Shown piece by piece: positions 23,901 to 36,500 of a DNA stretch of 43,079 nt. The notes below the pieces were generated by a model that was not told the DNA's origin, did not search any database, and saw nothing but the letters and a program-made list of their open reading frames with translations. A program made the translations under genes and the position numbers. This DNA is from Phoronis australis. Lineage: Eukaryota > Animalia > Phoronida. Positions within the stretch are counted from its first letter, which is position 1, and each line of letters begins with the position of its first letter. The stretch spans positions 1 through 43,079 of the forward strand of contig NMRA01001172.1 in the NCBI GenBank assembly GCA_002633005.1. The letters are read 5' to 3'.

Positions 23901-26900
23901 AACTGCTTCCATTCTAGGGCGTGTGATGCCAGGCCCTCATCCCCGGCCCAGATCAGTCGAGTGCTACGACACGTAGGCTTATGCATGTGTTTAGACCGTG
24001 CTAATTCGATCATGGCAATTGTGAATGCAAGTGACCCAGGTTTACTGTGGCCTTTGTCAGTGATTATTAAGTGTCTATTTTGTGAATATTGACCAACCTT
24101 TGGTTCATTTTGTGATAGCTCACATACGTCTTTGTTTGAGTAGCCCTACTGGATCATTACTGCAGTATTCATCGTCGAATTCATTGTCTGATTTCCGCTC
24201 TGTGATCTGCATAATAGTCGTCCAATTCTCGCTCATGTGGAGAATTTCTCGCTTTCACTGGTGACCGCGCTGATTCCCTAAGCCCCAGACAACTTTACGA
24301 TGCCTATTAAGCACGCCCTTTGTATTGAAGTAGTTCTGAGCTAATGAAGTGGAAAGGTAATCGCTAGCATTACTGTCTTAACAATGGTTGTTGTTAGTAC
24401 CCCCAATCTGGTTTTCTCTGACATTTGCAGAGTTACAGCCTGCAACTCTTTAGAGTAGTTTTAACTTGGTACATTATAAATATTACAAAATGACTAAAAA
24501 GGTTAACTCGTGTTTATCTTCACAAAGGGCCACTTCCCAAGGGAATGATAAGTTTCATATTGGTTTTCTTTATTTAATTTTTAATGCTGAGTCTGCCCAC
24601 TTGTTTTTTTTCTTACTGGGAACGGGTTGATAACTTTTTATCTAAATTTTGAGCTTGAAGTACCAAAACAGTGGTAGATTTTGATCGCCAGCTAAACTTA
24701 ATTAATTAAGTTCATTGTGAGCCCATCCCTAAACTTACCATATTACAGGTACACTAAACATTTTCACGTGTCATTAAAGTTTAATCTTTATTAGAACTCA
24801 AATCATAAAATATATACAAAAGTGCAAATATTGTGATAACCAAACTGAAGATTTGGCATCTCTGGACAATTTTGGTGGCACTGACTATATAACTAGTATG
24901 CTAGCTCTTTGTCAGTAATAAAAAATGAAAAGTGGGCACAACAACTGTTTCCTGATCAAAATCTGCTTAAACGAGATTGAAAGAATATTAAAAAATAAAG
25001 CCACTTGATGTGATATTGTTAACTCTGATCAACATTTGAATATCCACCGAGTATATCAATACGCGCAGTAGTTTATCTTCAATCGTACCCAATGGTTGTA
25101 GTTTTTAGATTATTAGTTCATCGATTTTTAAAAATCAAAAACTGTATTTGGTTGTTTTTTCCAGCTGAATAATACCGTCGTTTATAATGAAAATTAGTGG
25201 TCAATGCATTTTGAAAATTCGCCACTATGTACAGTCAGAGATGGCTAATACAGTTTATGGGTCTTGCTCTCATCGGGCAATGCGGTCATCACAACTGTAC
25301 CTGACTCCGCGCCGCGCTCTCTTTGATCCTGGTACAAGCTGCTCAGAAGGACGAGCGGCGAAAATTCCCGCTTATCTTTAGAAATGCGTGACTTCCTTGT
25401 AAGCGTATTATTCACGGTATGTCAAAATTGTCCTCGCCTTGTGATCTGGTGAGTTCCGCCATAGCAATTGATTGTCAAGTAACCAAACGTCTTGGCGATA
25501 AACTTGGGAATAACTAAAAAAATTTCAAAATGAAAAAAAAGTATTGCGATTATGTGGCACAAAAAGTGCTTATTTGGTTGAATTACGTGGTATTCATTTC
25601 ATATTAGCGAAGTGAAACCTCATAAACCAAGAAAATGCGTGTTGGTAACTTTTTATGACTGCCAGCTTCCTCCAATCGTCTGTACTATATGGCTGCCAAC
25701 TACGCAAACACCACGTGGCGAAGTTGGTACGTATAGACGTGATTGTGCTTGGAATTAGAAGCATATATCTTTGTAGTTAGAAGCACCAGTAGCTGCAACA
25801 ATCTTGTTGTTGTTCGTCTGTATCCTACTGTCTGTAACAGTTAGGCTGGGACTGAGCCTTTTCCGCTTCACCCTTTCTGGTCATTTTCGGACACGGTAGG
25901 TAATTGACATTGTCAAGCTTTACTTATCAATGAACAAAGTTAATTAAAATTACAAAAAAACATTTTTAACATTTTTTACATTCACTAGCAGACACCATAA
26001 ACCAACAGTAAAACTGAACTGATGACCAGGAACAATGTCACGGTTAATATTGTCTATTTTCCAAGTCACTGATATTCACCCTGACGGGTATCTGTAAATC
26101 ATAATTAGTTTCCCGATAATTACTCATACAGTAAGTGAATAATGATAAGCGTGATAAATAAAACCCCACGTGGCAAGAAGGTGTTGATTGCACAGCTGTC
26201 GCAAAAAGCATGCATTTGATGTCTACTTTTTATGAAAGGCAATTGTAATATTTGTACTGAATAGAGAGAAATGAAGAAAAGAGAGTCGTTCAAAGACGTT
26301 CAGAAAATTTTTGGATTGGCCACGAAGCATAAGTTTAATAGTCAGAGCGGCCAAGACCCGTAGATCTGTCCATGGACGGACATCCTGTATGGCTTGGGCA
26401 CAGTGACACCACTTGGATTCTGAACTATACACCATTGCATTACCATGATGGGTGAAAACAAGAACTCCCGGTGAAATGATGTTCTCACAAAACCCGTGAA
26501 TGTTGTTCACGAAAAAGTTATACTGGGAACAGCACAGCGATTTTCGACGAGTTTCGCTACCGCTACTTTGAATGCCAGCAAAGGTAGGTGTAGCAGACGA
26601 ATGTAAACGGTACTGATTCCTGAGAATACGTGCATATCAGCTGGAATGATTGTTGTACAAAATACAAACACAAAACTAGGACTGATGCAGTCTCCACTTA
26701 AAAGTCGTCCATTCAAGTTTGAACAATTTCACGTTAATGCAAAAGTACTAAACGATATAGGTCCAATCCATAACAATCAATGCTAGTGATAGGGGTCGAA
26801 TGTCGGCTTAGCTTCATCTTTGACCTCTGTTTCATTCATTCATTGATTTGTTGTTTCAGTTCCGGGGACCCGTCATGAGTGGTTTGGAGACCGGATATGC

Positions 26901-27179
26901 TGAGTGCGTGCTCAACCAACGCATTATTGACGACTGCTCGTATGTACGTCCATCACTTGGGCTCACTGGATCCAGCATGATTACATTTGATTGGACAACG
27001 AAACAGACGGTTTTATAGGTATATGAGCGGTGACACGAGAGGAAACACTGGACTGTGAAATCAAGCTTACACTGCTCTCACGTCTCGTGAGATTATCCTG
27101 GAGTGGTTTCGTTGCTCGAGAAAAGATGAATACAATTCTCACCTACACGCCACTTGAACGTGCGCCTTGGAGATTAGTG

Positions 27180-27583
27180 CTAGGCATCGAGATTCTCCTG
27201 ACCTGGTTGTCTTCTGTCATGTGTCTCACCAGTGTTGCGATTAATGGTACTACTTCCATCATCATAGTACTGTCCATAGTCCAAAGGTTGATAGTGTGGT
27301 CCATGATCGTCCTGTCTATCTGTTTTCTGATACACAGGCTGGTCCAAGATAGAGTACTCAGCCCGCGCAGTGTCTCCAGGATTCGAAAGCCTCTGGTATA
27401 ATGGCGGCTGTATGGAAGAATACATCCCTTGTTGGCCAGCTTGAGACCTGTCCAGTTGGTGATACCCTGGGTCACGCAGTCGAGTGTAGTCTCCCTGGTT
27501 CGTTCTCTGAAACTCTGCCTCTTCGTAAGGAGCCATGTCAGCTATTTTTTCCATCATACGTTTACTTGGGCCAAGTGGTATAC
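27180..27583 (-). CDS. Last coding exon: SAM helix 5 + Tyr-motif repeat tail
   Basis: ttccag| acceptor, phase 1; GIPLGPSKRMMEKI completes the SAM; then YTRL, YHQL, YSSI, YQRL, YSIL, YQKT, YQPL; TAG stop. Confidence 0.85.
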
Positions 27584-30500
27584 CTGGAATGGACAAAGAT
27601 GTGCATTTTGAATTAAACACGACACATTGAACTGGTAGGAATAATTTTCATGATAAAAATAAATACACAAACACGGTAACGGTTATCAAAGTAGCTGTGG
27701 GTAATCCAACACAAGAGGTAAACGGAACTTATTGCATACTCATTAGCACCAGTTTTCATGTAAAAGGGTGCTTTTTCGAACAAAGGTTCCTACGAAAAAG
27801 GTATCATTTAGTCATGATTTCTTTAAAAAGTGGTTCACTTTAGGAGTTGGTGAAACTCTACACAAAAAATACAACATATCCCTTTTCCAGCTACACACAC
27901 ACGCACGTACGCACGACGCACACAAACACACACAGGTCTGAAACAACTTTTACTTGAAAAACACATATTGTCTTACTTTTACATGGCATCCCCTTTTGTT
28001 TTTTTTTTCACCTACCCCCACTGTCCCTACCTAAAGTCCCTGTGAGATCTTCCAGGGTCAGTTTAGCCAGAATGTTACTTGTGATCAGTTCCCGTTGGAA
28101 TATAGGTACATATCGCTCAAAGCCCAATCTTTCCAGGAATTCTCTCACATCGTCATCTACAGAAAATTTAATGACAATGGCAATATACATCTGTAAACGA
28201 ACAAATGGGAACAAGTGACTGACACCATTCCAATGCCCCTGAAAAACATTTTCTGCTAGATCTGTCTTCTGGGTTCACATTAGCTAGATAATTCATCTGA
28301 AACCCCAAAATTTAAGTAAAAGAAATTATGATATCACGGAATGAATCTTGTTTCCGTGGGATTCCAGATAACATTCTGGGCTCAGCTATTCAGTTACAAA
28401 TAGGGGTAATTAAACACCCGTTCTTCCCAGTCAGAATTAGATTTTTTTTGCTAAGCCGAGTTTACTTACACAGGTTATTTGGAACAGTTGTATAAATAAG
28501 ATCAGGTTTCACTAAGAACTACTTCCACTGACCTTTCACTGCAAAATTCTAATCCACTATGCAGACTAGTTACCCCCTCCAAACCCAAAATGAGAAGGAA
28601 TTTATTGCACTGGATTGAACTGTTATCTTTTAACAAATATTAACAGTTTACTTTGTCACTAATAATTTAGATACTCAACAAATACAAACATGTAGAAAAC
28701 TATCTTATTGGTGACATTATTAGTGTGCACTGTACGATGGTCAGCAAACACCACATAAAAATGACCATTGATGCAATCTTGGCTTAAAAATACAAATTTG
28801 ATAATTAGTTTTGAGCCAAATAACTGAAAAGTTATCATACCCAATGTTTCTTCTGGTTCAAAAGCTCTGTTGGCGACATTTTTAAATCCTTGCCGATCCA
28901 CTAAATGATTGTTCACCAAGAGATCTGGGTTATTATGCTGCAATTAAACAAAAGAGACCTATTGGGTTGAGTTTCAACTAAGGGTGCACATGTCGAGGAT
29001 GAAGAAAATGTGAAGCCTACAAGAGAGAAAGAGTTAACTTAGAGTCTAAAACAATCCAGTGCAAGGGTCCATTGCGTGAAAAAGCGACTTACAACTTAAA
29101 ATAGAAATTTGGTCTTATGCTACCCATAACTATTCCTGAAAAATAATGAAAAACTCACTTTATGAAAAGAACGAAATGTATGACAGTATATCCATAATTG
29201 CTACATGCTGAGAAAATTTGTGCAAATTATTTGCAGGCAATGATGTGCTGATAATTGCAGGTCTAACCCTTTATCCCATACGCGTTGAATCAGTCAAGTG
29301 CAATACGACCATATGATATTGTTTTGCGTATTCCCCTCCCGCACTACTGCAATAGTGTCCTCTGACATGAAAAGTTCAAAATGTAGGTCAATGACGACAC
29401 GACTTCGTTAGCCGGTTCGATCAACAAACTTTCCGAAATTAATTTAAAGTAATAACATTGCAGCAGTATAAGTAACTGTCAACATGCGAACAGGTCCCAA
29501 AGGAAAAATCTGAAACAAAACTGTTAATTATATAGGACACTTCTGTCTCAGTTTTCAATTGCTAAATATTATATTGTCTGCAACTCAGGCGCCGATTTTT
29601 GCGGTATATGCAATAACAAATATTGTTGCTTTTTAACTTTATCAGGAAATGTTACAAGTTCAGTGCACAATTACGACTGTTTTCATTTTTGTTGTCTCTT
29701 TCAAGTCATAAATCGTTACATTCAAAACTGTTTCTTTTACGAGACAAAAATTGGAAACTAACGCGCAACTACATACATATAGGTTACGATCCGCCACGTG
29801 AACAGTCTGGGTGAAGTATTTAAAAATTTGTCGCAAAAATGAAGGAACCTTTGGAATTCGAAGCGTGTGATTGGAATACATACAAAACGTACGTCGATCG
29901 GCGTAGATGCAGTAATATCTCACTCGGCATTATTCCGCGGTATATAACTTCATATTACTTCATCTACGCCACTCTAGGTGTGTTTGTGTTTTTATTCGAT
30001 AACTGTAAAGTGAATTGGAAGGATATGAACAAATTGCTGCCTCAAGTCTTACGTCACTTTTCATGGGATAGTAAATAGAATCAACTGACACATTTTACCC
30101 AACTTTCGTGTTTTTAAAAGACATTTTGAAATAGTTGGAATACGAAAAACACCCAAAGATTCACAGGAAAACCATTAGACTATCAGGGATTAATACATCC
30201 AATATATCATATTCATAGAACAAAGCGCCTACGTTTTATTAAGATTCTCAGTGAGCACGGTATGTTAGTCAGAACTGTTCTCATTTAAAGTGGCAATTAA
30301 GTCCCCTTTCATTCCAACCAATTAATTTAGACCTCTTGCTGTTATGTGACAGGTCTCAAAATATTCCTTCGTCAAAATAGAGGTGATTTCTGGGTTGGAA
30401 AAAACTGGTGGTTTGCTATTACAGAACAATCTCTAGAAGTTGACCTTCCATGGCGTGTCACTTTATTTGCCAAGCAATGTCTCGCGAAATAATGAACGGT

Positions 30501-33500
30501 CTATATTTTTGAAAGATCAAAAATCATTTCTCTTCTGAGTAAGGAAAAATCAATGCCAATTTTATATCCGTAAGTGGTCTAAATCAGAAGTTCATTTCTT
30601 CTGTAGCTTGACCGCTGCTTGCACCCTACTACCAATACATTTCCCCTATGCAACTTGCCACTTTTCACTTGAAACCAATCTCCAGCATACCCGCCAGCTT
30701 TGGCCTACTCAGGTGTTTTATCAAACATTCCAGTGACCCTTCCACACATCAATTTAGGCCAAGACTTGAATCGTGTGCAACCCTCACTAAAACTCCGGTC
30801 TGGGCCTATGAAGCCATTGGAACACACCGAACGTTTTCGCGAAATTTGTTCTTGTTGTAAATCATTCACAAAGCAAAGAAAGCATCATAAGTTCAATTAA
30901 AGAGAAGAAAGTAAATTTTCAGCATGGAAGTGAAATGGAAGATCCCTTGCACTGAATTACGATTTACGGGAAAAAATAAACGATTCTCCAGCACTGGCCC
31001 TTCCAAAGAGCTTTGTGGTGGTTTGAGTTAGCGTAAAACTTTAAACAATTTTGTCTTCAAACTCTGGAAAGGGTTTTAATGAAGAATTCAGTTTTTATGA
31101 CATGCGGCATCAAAAACAGCCTGCGCTGCATGTAATTTTGGCAGTGCTATCACTGGCATCTATCCCTTTTCCATTATCCCGCAAGACATGGGAATACCAT
31201 TTGCAAACCGAGGATTGCAATTTGTCAAGGCAACAACTCGTGTCAAAGAAAAGAAGTTTGTCAGAAATTCCATCTACGTGCTTTGGTACCTGGTTATTCA
31301 AATCCTAACAAGTTAGAAGCATTCCATTTTGCCTACTGCAAAATGAGATGCGCTGCCTAATGGTGCTCACATTTCCATTGGAGGAGCCAACGTCGTCTGC
31401 CCGAGCTTTGTAGTGTACCGTTGAAGCACTGTTCTTGTTTCCCGATCCAGCATACGCTGATCCACGGTTGCTACGGAACAAATAGGAAATGAAGCAACAC
31501 TGGCGTTTACAAAAATGAGGCATCATGAATCAGTCCTAAAATGGAAAAACAATATAATCTTTACATTCTTTTAACGGGATCATATTAGCTACCCACAAGA
31601 ACAATTATATTGGATTGTTTGAAACAAAATCATGTTCATTTTTATCTTACAGAACAAAAATGCATAATTTAAGGTTACGTAGGACCTTTTCCACTTGTTT
31701 GTGTATTTATGCAAATTTACAAAACTATAGATTTTAACTCATTATCAGTTAGAATGATATAACGTATCAACAAGAAAAATTTCATTGTATTGCTTAAAAC
31801 ATAATTGTTTTCATTCTTCTCTCCTAAAGCAACAATGCATTGTACAAGGTTATGTAATAAGTCCTCATCGACATGTCTGGAGTGTGCATTTTAACCAAAT
31901 TAAGTATAAAAAGCCTGTAGACTTTGATTTTTGACTTAATACCAAGAATTTAATGTTGAATGGGTCTTGTGACCATATTTTCGGTAAAATTTACTAAAAA
32001 GGTAAACCCATAGCATGATAAAATTTCGTTGAGAAGAAAAGTTCAAAATGAAATATAAAAAACATTGTTTCAGTTTCTGAACTTATCATTTCTTTCGCTT
32101 TTTTGCAATTTTTGATTTTTTTTCACATAAATCAAATGTCCTATTTCTTACCATTGGAAGATCTAGCATATTCTGAAGGGACCCAATTTCTGAGGCAAAC
32201 TGTTTGTGCCAACCCTAAAAACAGCATCCATCTTTGGTCACTCTCAACTTAGGGACTGACCTGTGAATTTTACTAAATGTACCTTGAGGCAAGTACATTT
32301 CAGATGTTGATGAATGATAATCAACTTACCTCGTAAATGTGGGACACGGGCGACGTTTGATGACACACACAACAATCACCACTGCCAAAACTAATAAAAA
32401 ACTGCCAACGGAGACACCAACAATCAGTCCATCGGATTGACCTGACTCATTGCCACCTGAAAATAATAAAGTACTTTGTAATTCACCACATACCACATCT
32501 GACAGGGCTGCTATTGCGATGCCACAGCTGCTTCTGAAATTCGCTTCAGTTGTAGTTGCAGATTCATTGAACTGTTCAGCAACTGTGTGGAATGCACTGT
32601 GACAGCCAATACAAACGCAAATCACGCCCTCTGGTTCCCGGTCTTGCCAAACATGGCCGTAAATCTCCTGTGTGAGAGTTTTCTGGTAAATCGGCCAAGA
32701 CAGAAAAAGACGGCCTGTTTCAAGACAACCTGGGTGAAAACGACGACTAAACGAAGGTTTCTGGTTAACAAATTTTATTGAAATCTACAATCCGTTGCTT
32801 TGGTTCGACATATTCAGACATAACTTGAAATTAGAGACTATTGCCGTCAATTTCTACCATAAATATCACAATGATGATTGGCAAATACTGGCAACCATGT
32901 TTTTGGGGGAACACCTACCTGTTCTGTGATGTCCGGATGACCAATATGCAATCCCCCGCATATGGCATGTGTCGAGAAATATTGCATCCAGCGCTAACAG
33001 CCTCGGATATGGAGTCCTAGTATTTGAAATAAAAATTCAAGGACCCAAAGTTCAAAGGATTTGCCATACCTGTAATGCTAGTTGTCGACTCGGAAGTTGA
33101 ATCGGCATTCTCTAAGTGTATTCAACAGGGCAGCCAATTTGAAATAGAAAATACACAAAATTCTAGGACTGATTCATGTGCGCACCCAGCCTAAAAACGA
33201 GGGCTCGAATTTTTGAGAATGTGGACCTTTTACTGAAAAAGAAAAAATGGGGTATGTTCAGAGCTATGAATTGTATATTCGCCGAATTTAGGTAGGTCCT
33301 ACCTTTTTAGTGGACTTTTTCTCGTTTCTACTTTTTCGGATTTTTTGTTTCTCTGAGGCGGACCTGCTTGCCCACTTCGCCAAATGAGGGCTCTTTCGAG
33401 CCACCCGGGTCATCAATGCCATTGAACATGCAAACATGTAAAGTGAAGCGCAAACGTTCTCAAATTGTTCCGTCAGCCAGTCACGTGCACAGCATTTGTT

Positions 33501-36500
33501 ACTTGGGCTGTGAGCCAGACCGGGAGTTATGCTGAGAGTGACAGGATTGGTGAATAGTTGTGAATTCGTAATTGTTCGTTTATTCTTCCATTGCCATTGT
33601 TTTAATGTTGTTTTTTGCATTTTTGTGCATTTTTGTTGTTATGGGAATTTCAAACTGAATGAGCATGGGGAGTTATAAAATTTGAAAAGGACTCAAAAAT
33701 TGAAAAGGACTCAAAATTTGGCTGTCCTCTGAGTCCCAAGTACTCGATGAAAAACAATTCTAGCGCCAAAGCTGAATCGTACAATGTGTGTCTGTATGCC
33801 AGTATTATAAAGCTCACTACCTTAAGATTTTTGGCAAAAAGTCGCACGACTAACAGGTTACGCTATAACAAAGTTACAAGAAATATTTTTTGTCAAATAC
33901 ATAACATTAAGAAGTTGTCAGGAATAGACATCAGCTCACCTTTAAAACTGAAAGCCTGTGTAGCACTTGAAATGATTTTTTTCGACATGGACTGTCTTGA
34001 TACATCGCAGCGAAACACTGCCCCAGTGTCCTTTTCGTTAGCAACAAATGTGTGATTGAACACAATTCTGCCCACTTTGCTTCCATCTGTTTTAGTTTCA
34101 ATTATCTGGAATTGCTCTTGAGGTTGTCCCTGTATATCCCATACAACTCCATTTTTTCGTTTCCATGACAACATTCCGGGAGGTGAGCCCACATTGCCAG
34201 TGCACGTCATGACTATAGTATCGCCATCAGTCAGGTGTGTCTTAGCAGGTTCAAAGGTGACAGTAGGGACTTCTGGCTCAACTGAAAGTTAATGTGGAAA
34301 GAACTACGAAAACATCAGCAGAAAATGACATCAACATATCATTAGCATAAATATGTGATTCTTAAAGAACCCCGTATTTAGATCATTCATTCTTTTACAA
34401 GTAGGCAGTAACATGCCACTAGATAACACCAAGAAAACAACTATTTTCACTTCAGAAACGTTCTTACAGCATTACATCATTCATCAACAATTCACCACCC
34501 TTTTGAACGACATGTTTTATATCCTGTGATAATGTTATCACAAAACCTTAGTTTTGAATTAGATTTTTACAGTCATGAACTCCTTTTCAACTTGCTCCTT
34601 GGCAAAAACAAGTGTAATTCCCGGGATTTAAAGGAAATGGGTATTTCATTTATTTGCTGGACCTTAAAATCGTTTAAATTTACATCACAGTAAGGAGTAA
34701 GTTGAGTGTGGTCAAAATAAAAGTTTTTTTTCTACGGCACACTGTTTTATTGCCACTACAAAGATCTCACTTACTATTAATTTCTACGTCTACTTCATCT
34801 GAATGTGAACTACTAACACCCGAAGCCTCCAGTTCAATCTCACACTTGTACTTTCCTTTGTCAGCAGTGGCCACATTCATAATCACTAGACCAGCGTTGC
34901 CATCTGGTCCGCCTGTATCATCCTTAGCGTTGCCAAGGAAGGCACCCTTCTTGGATACACCCGGTTTATCTCCTGTATACACTTGATACCACATAACCTC
35001 CTGCTTAGTACCACCTGAAACCCAACTCTGTTTAAAGATCTTCACGTCATCCTTGAACCATTCTATAAGTTGCACTGCCCCGCCTGAGATCAAAGTATAC
35101 TGACACAACAAGGTCAGGTTAGATCCTATCTTCGCATACACAGGTGAATTATTTACAATATTCACGTTGTTCTCTTGGCTGGAGACGAGCAAGCCTGGAA
35201 GTACAAGTAAAAGTTGCTCTAACTAACATAAAACAGTGTGTTATTTAATGGGCAGATATATCCAAACTAAGCAAATTTTCTCAAAACATAATTTCTAGAT
35301 AGCTGCCACACCTTACAGTTTACGGTATATCATAGGCCTGCTGAACCCAAAGAAGCTGTTAGAACAACTAATCCGCTCACCTTTCACTTTGAAAGTCCGT
35401 GTAGCACTGGAAATGATTTCTTGCGACATTGACTGTCTTGATGCATCGCAGCGAAACACTGCCCCATCGTCGTTGTTGCTTGTAAAAAATGTGTGATTGA
35501 ACACAATTCTGCCAACTTGACTGCCATCTGTTTTATTTTCGATTATCTTGAATTGCTCTTGAGGTTTTCCTTGTATGTCCCACGTGACTCTAGATTTTCG
35601 TTTCCATGACAACATTCCGGGAGGTGACCCCAAATTGCCAGTGCACGTCATGACTATAGTGTCACCATCAACCAAGTCTGTCTTATCAGGTTCAAAGGTG
35701 ACAGTAGGGTCTTCTGGCACAACTGAAAGTTGAAGTGGAAAAACTCCCAAAACATCAATACAAAACGACAGTAACCCATCATTAACAGGAACAAGTGATT
35801 TCCAAAGAACATAGATGTTAGATCATTCATTCTTTACAACTAGGCAATAACATGCCACCTGATTACACCTAGAAAACAACAGTTGCATATTAACAACGTT
35901 CTTACAGCATTACGTTTCTCATCAACAATTTACGACCCTTTTGAACAAGACATTTTATATCCCGGGATAATATAACTGTATAAATAAGTGATAACCTCAA
36001 TTTCCGTCACAAAAACAACTTTTGAATTCGATCACTTGCTGTCATGAAATCGTTCTCAAGTTGCTCCTAATGGTCAAAATAGGTATCATATCTGGTCTTC
36101 AAACAACTGTCAGTATTTTTGCTGGACCATAAAATCGCTAAATTCACATTACAGTACGCTGTAAGTTGAGCGCGGTCTCAGTCAAAAAATATTTTTTATA
36201 GAACGCGGGTTTATAAAGCCGCTACAAAGCTCTCACTTACTATTAATTTCTACGACCACATCATCAGAAGGTGAATAGGAAGTGCCCGAAGCCTCCAGTT
36301 CAATCTCACACTTGTACTTTCCCTTGTCATCATTGTCCATATTCATAATCACCATAGTGGCATTACCATCTGGTCTGCCTGGCCCATTCTTAGCGTTGCC
36401 GAGGAACGCACCCTTCGCGGATACACCCGGTCCCCCTGTTGCATATCTATTATACCACCTTATTTTTTGTTGAGTTGCACTTGAATACCAACTCTGTTTA

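Noticed and set aside
27030-27475. Overlapping ORFs 27030-27401 (+) and 27143-27475 (-)
   Set aside because: Shadows of the real terminal exon; only the 27180-27583 frame completes the SAM domain.
31051-31308. TIR or kinase domain in the receptor's cytoplasmic region
   Set aside because: No such motifs seen in the frames I read between the TM and SAM exons.
32919-32993. Possible extra phase 1-1 exon between stalk and TM
   Set aside because: Weak acceptor and a peptide with no stalk-like character.
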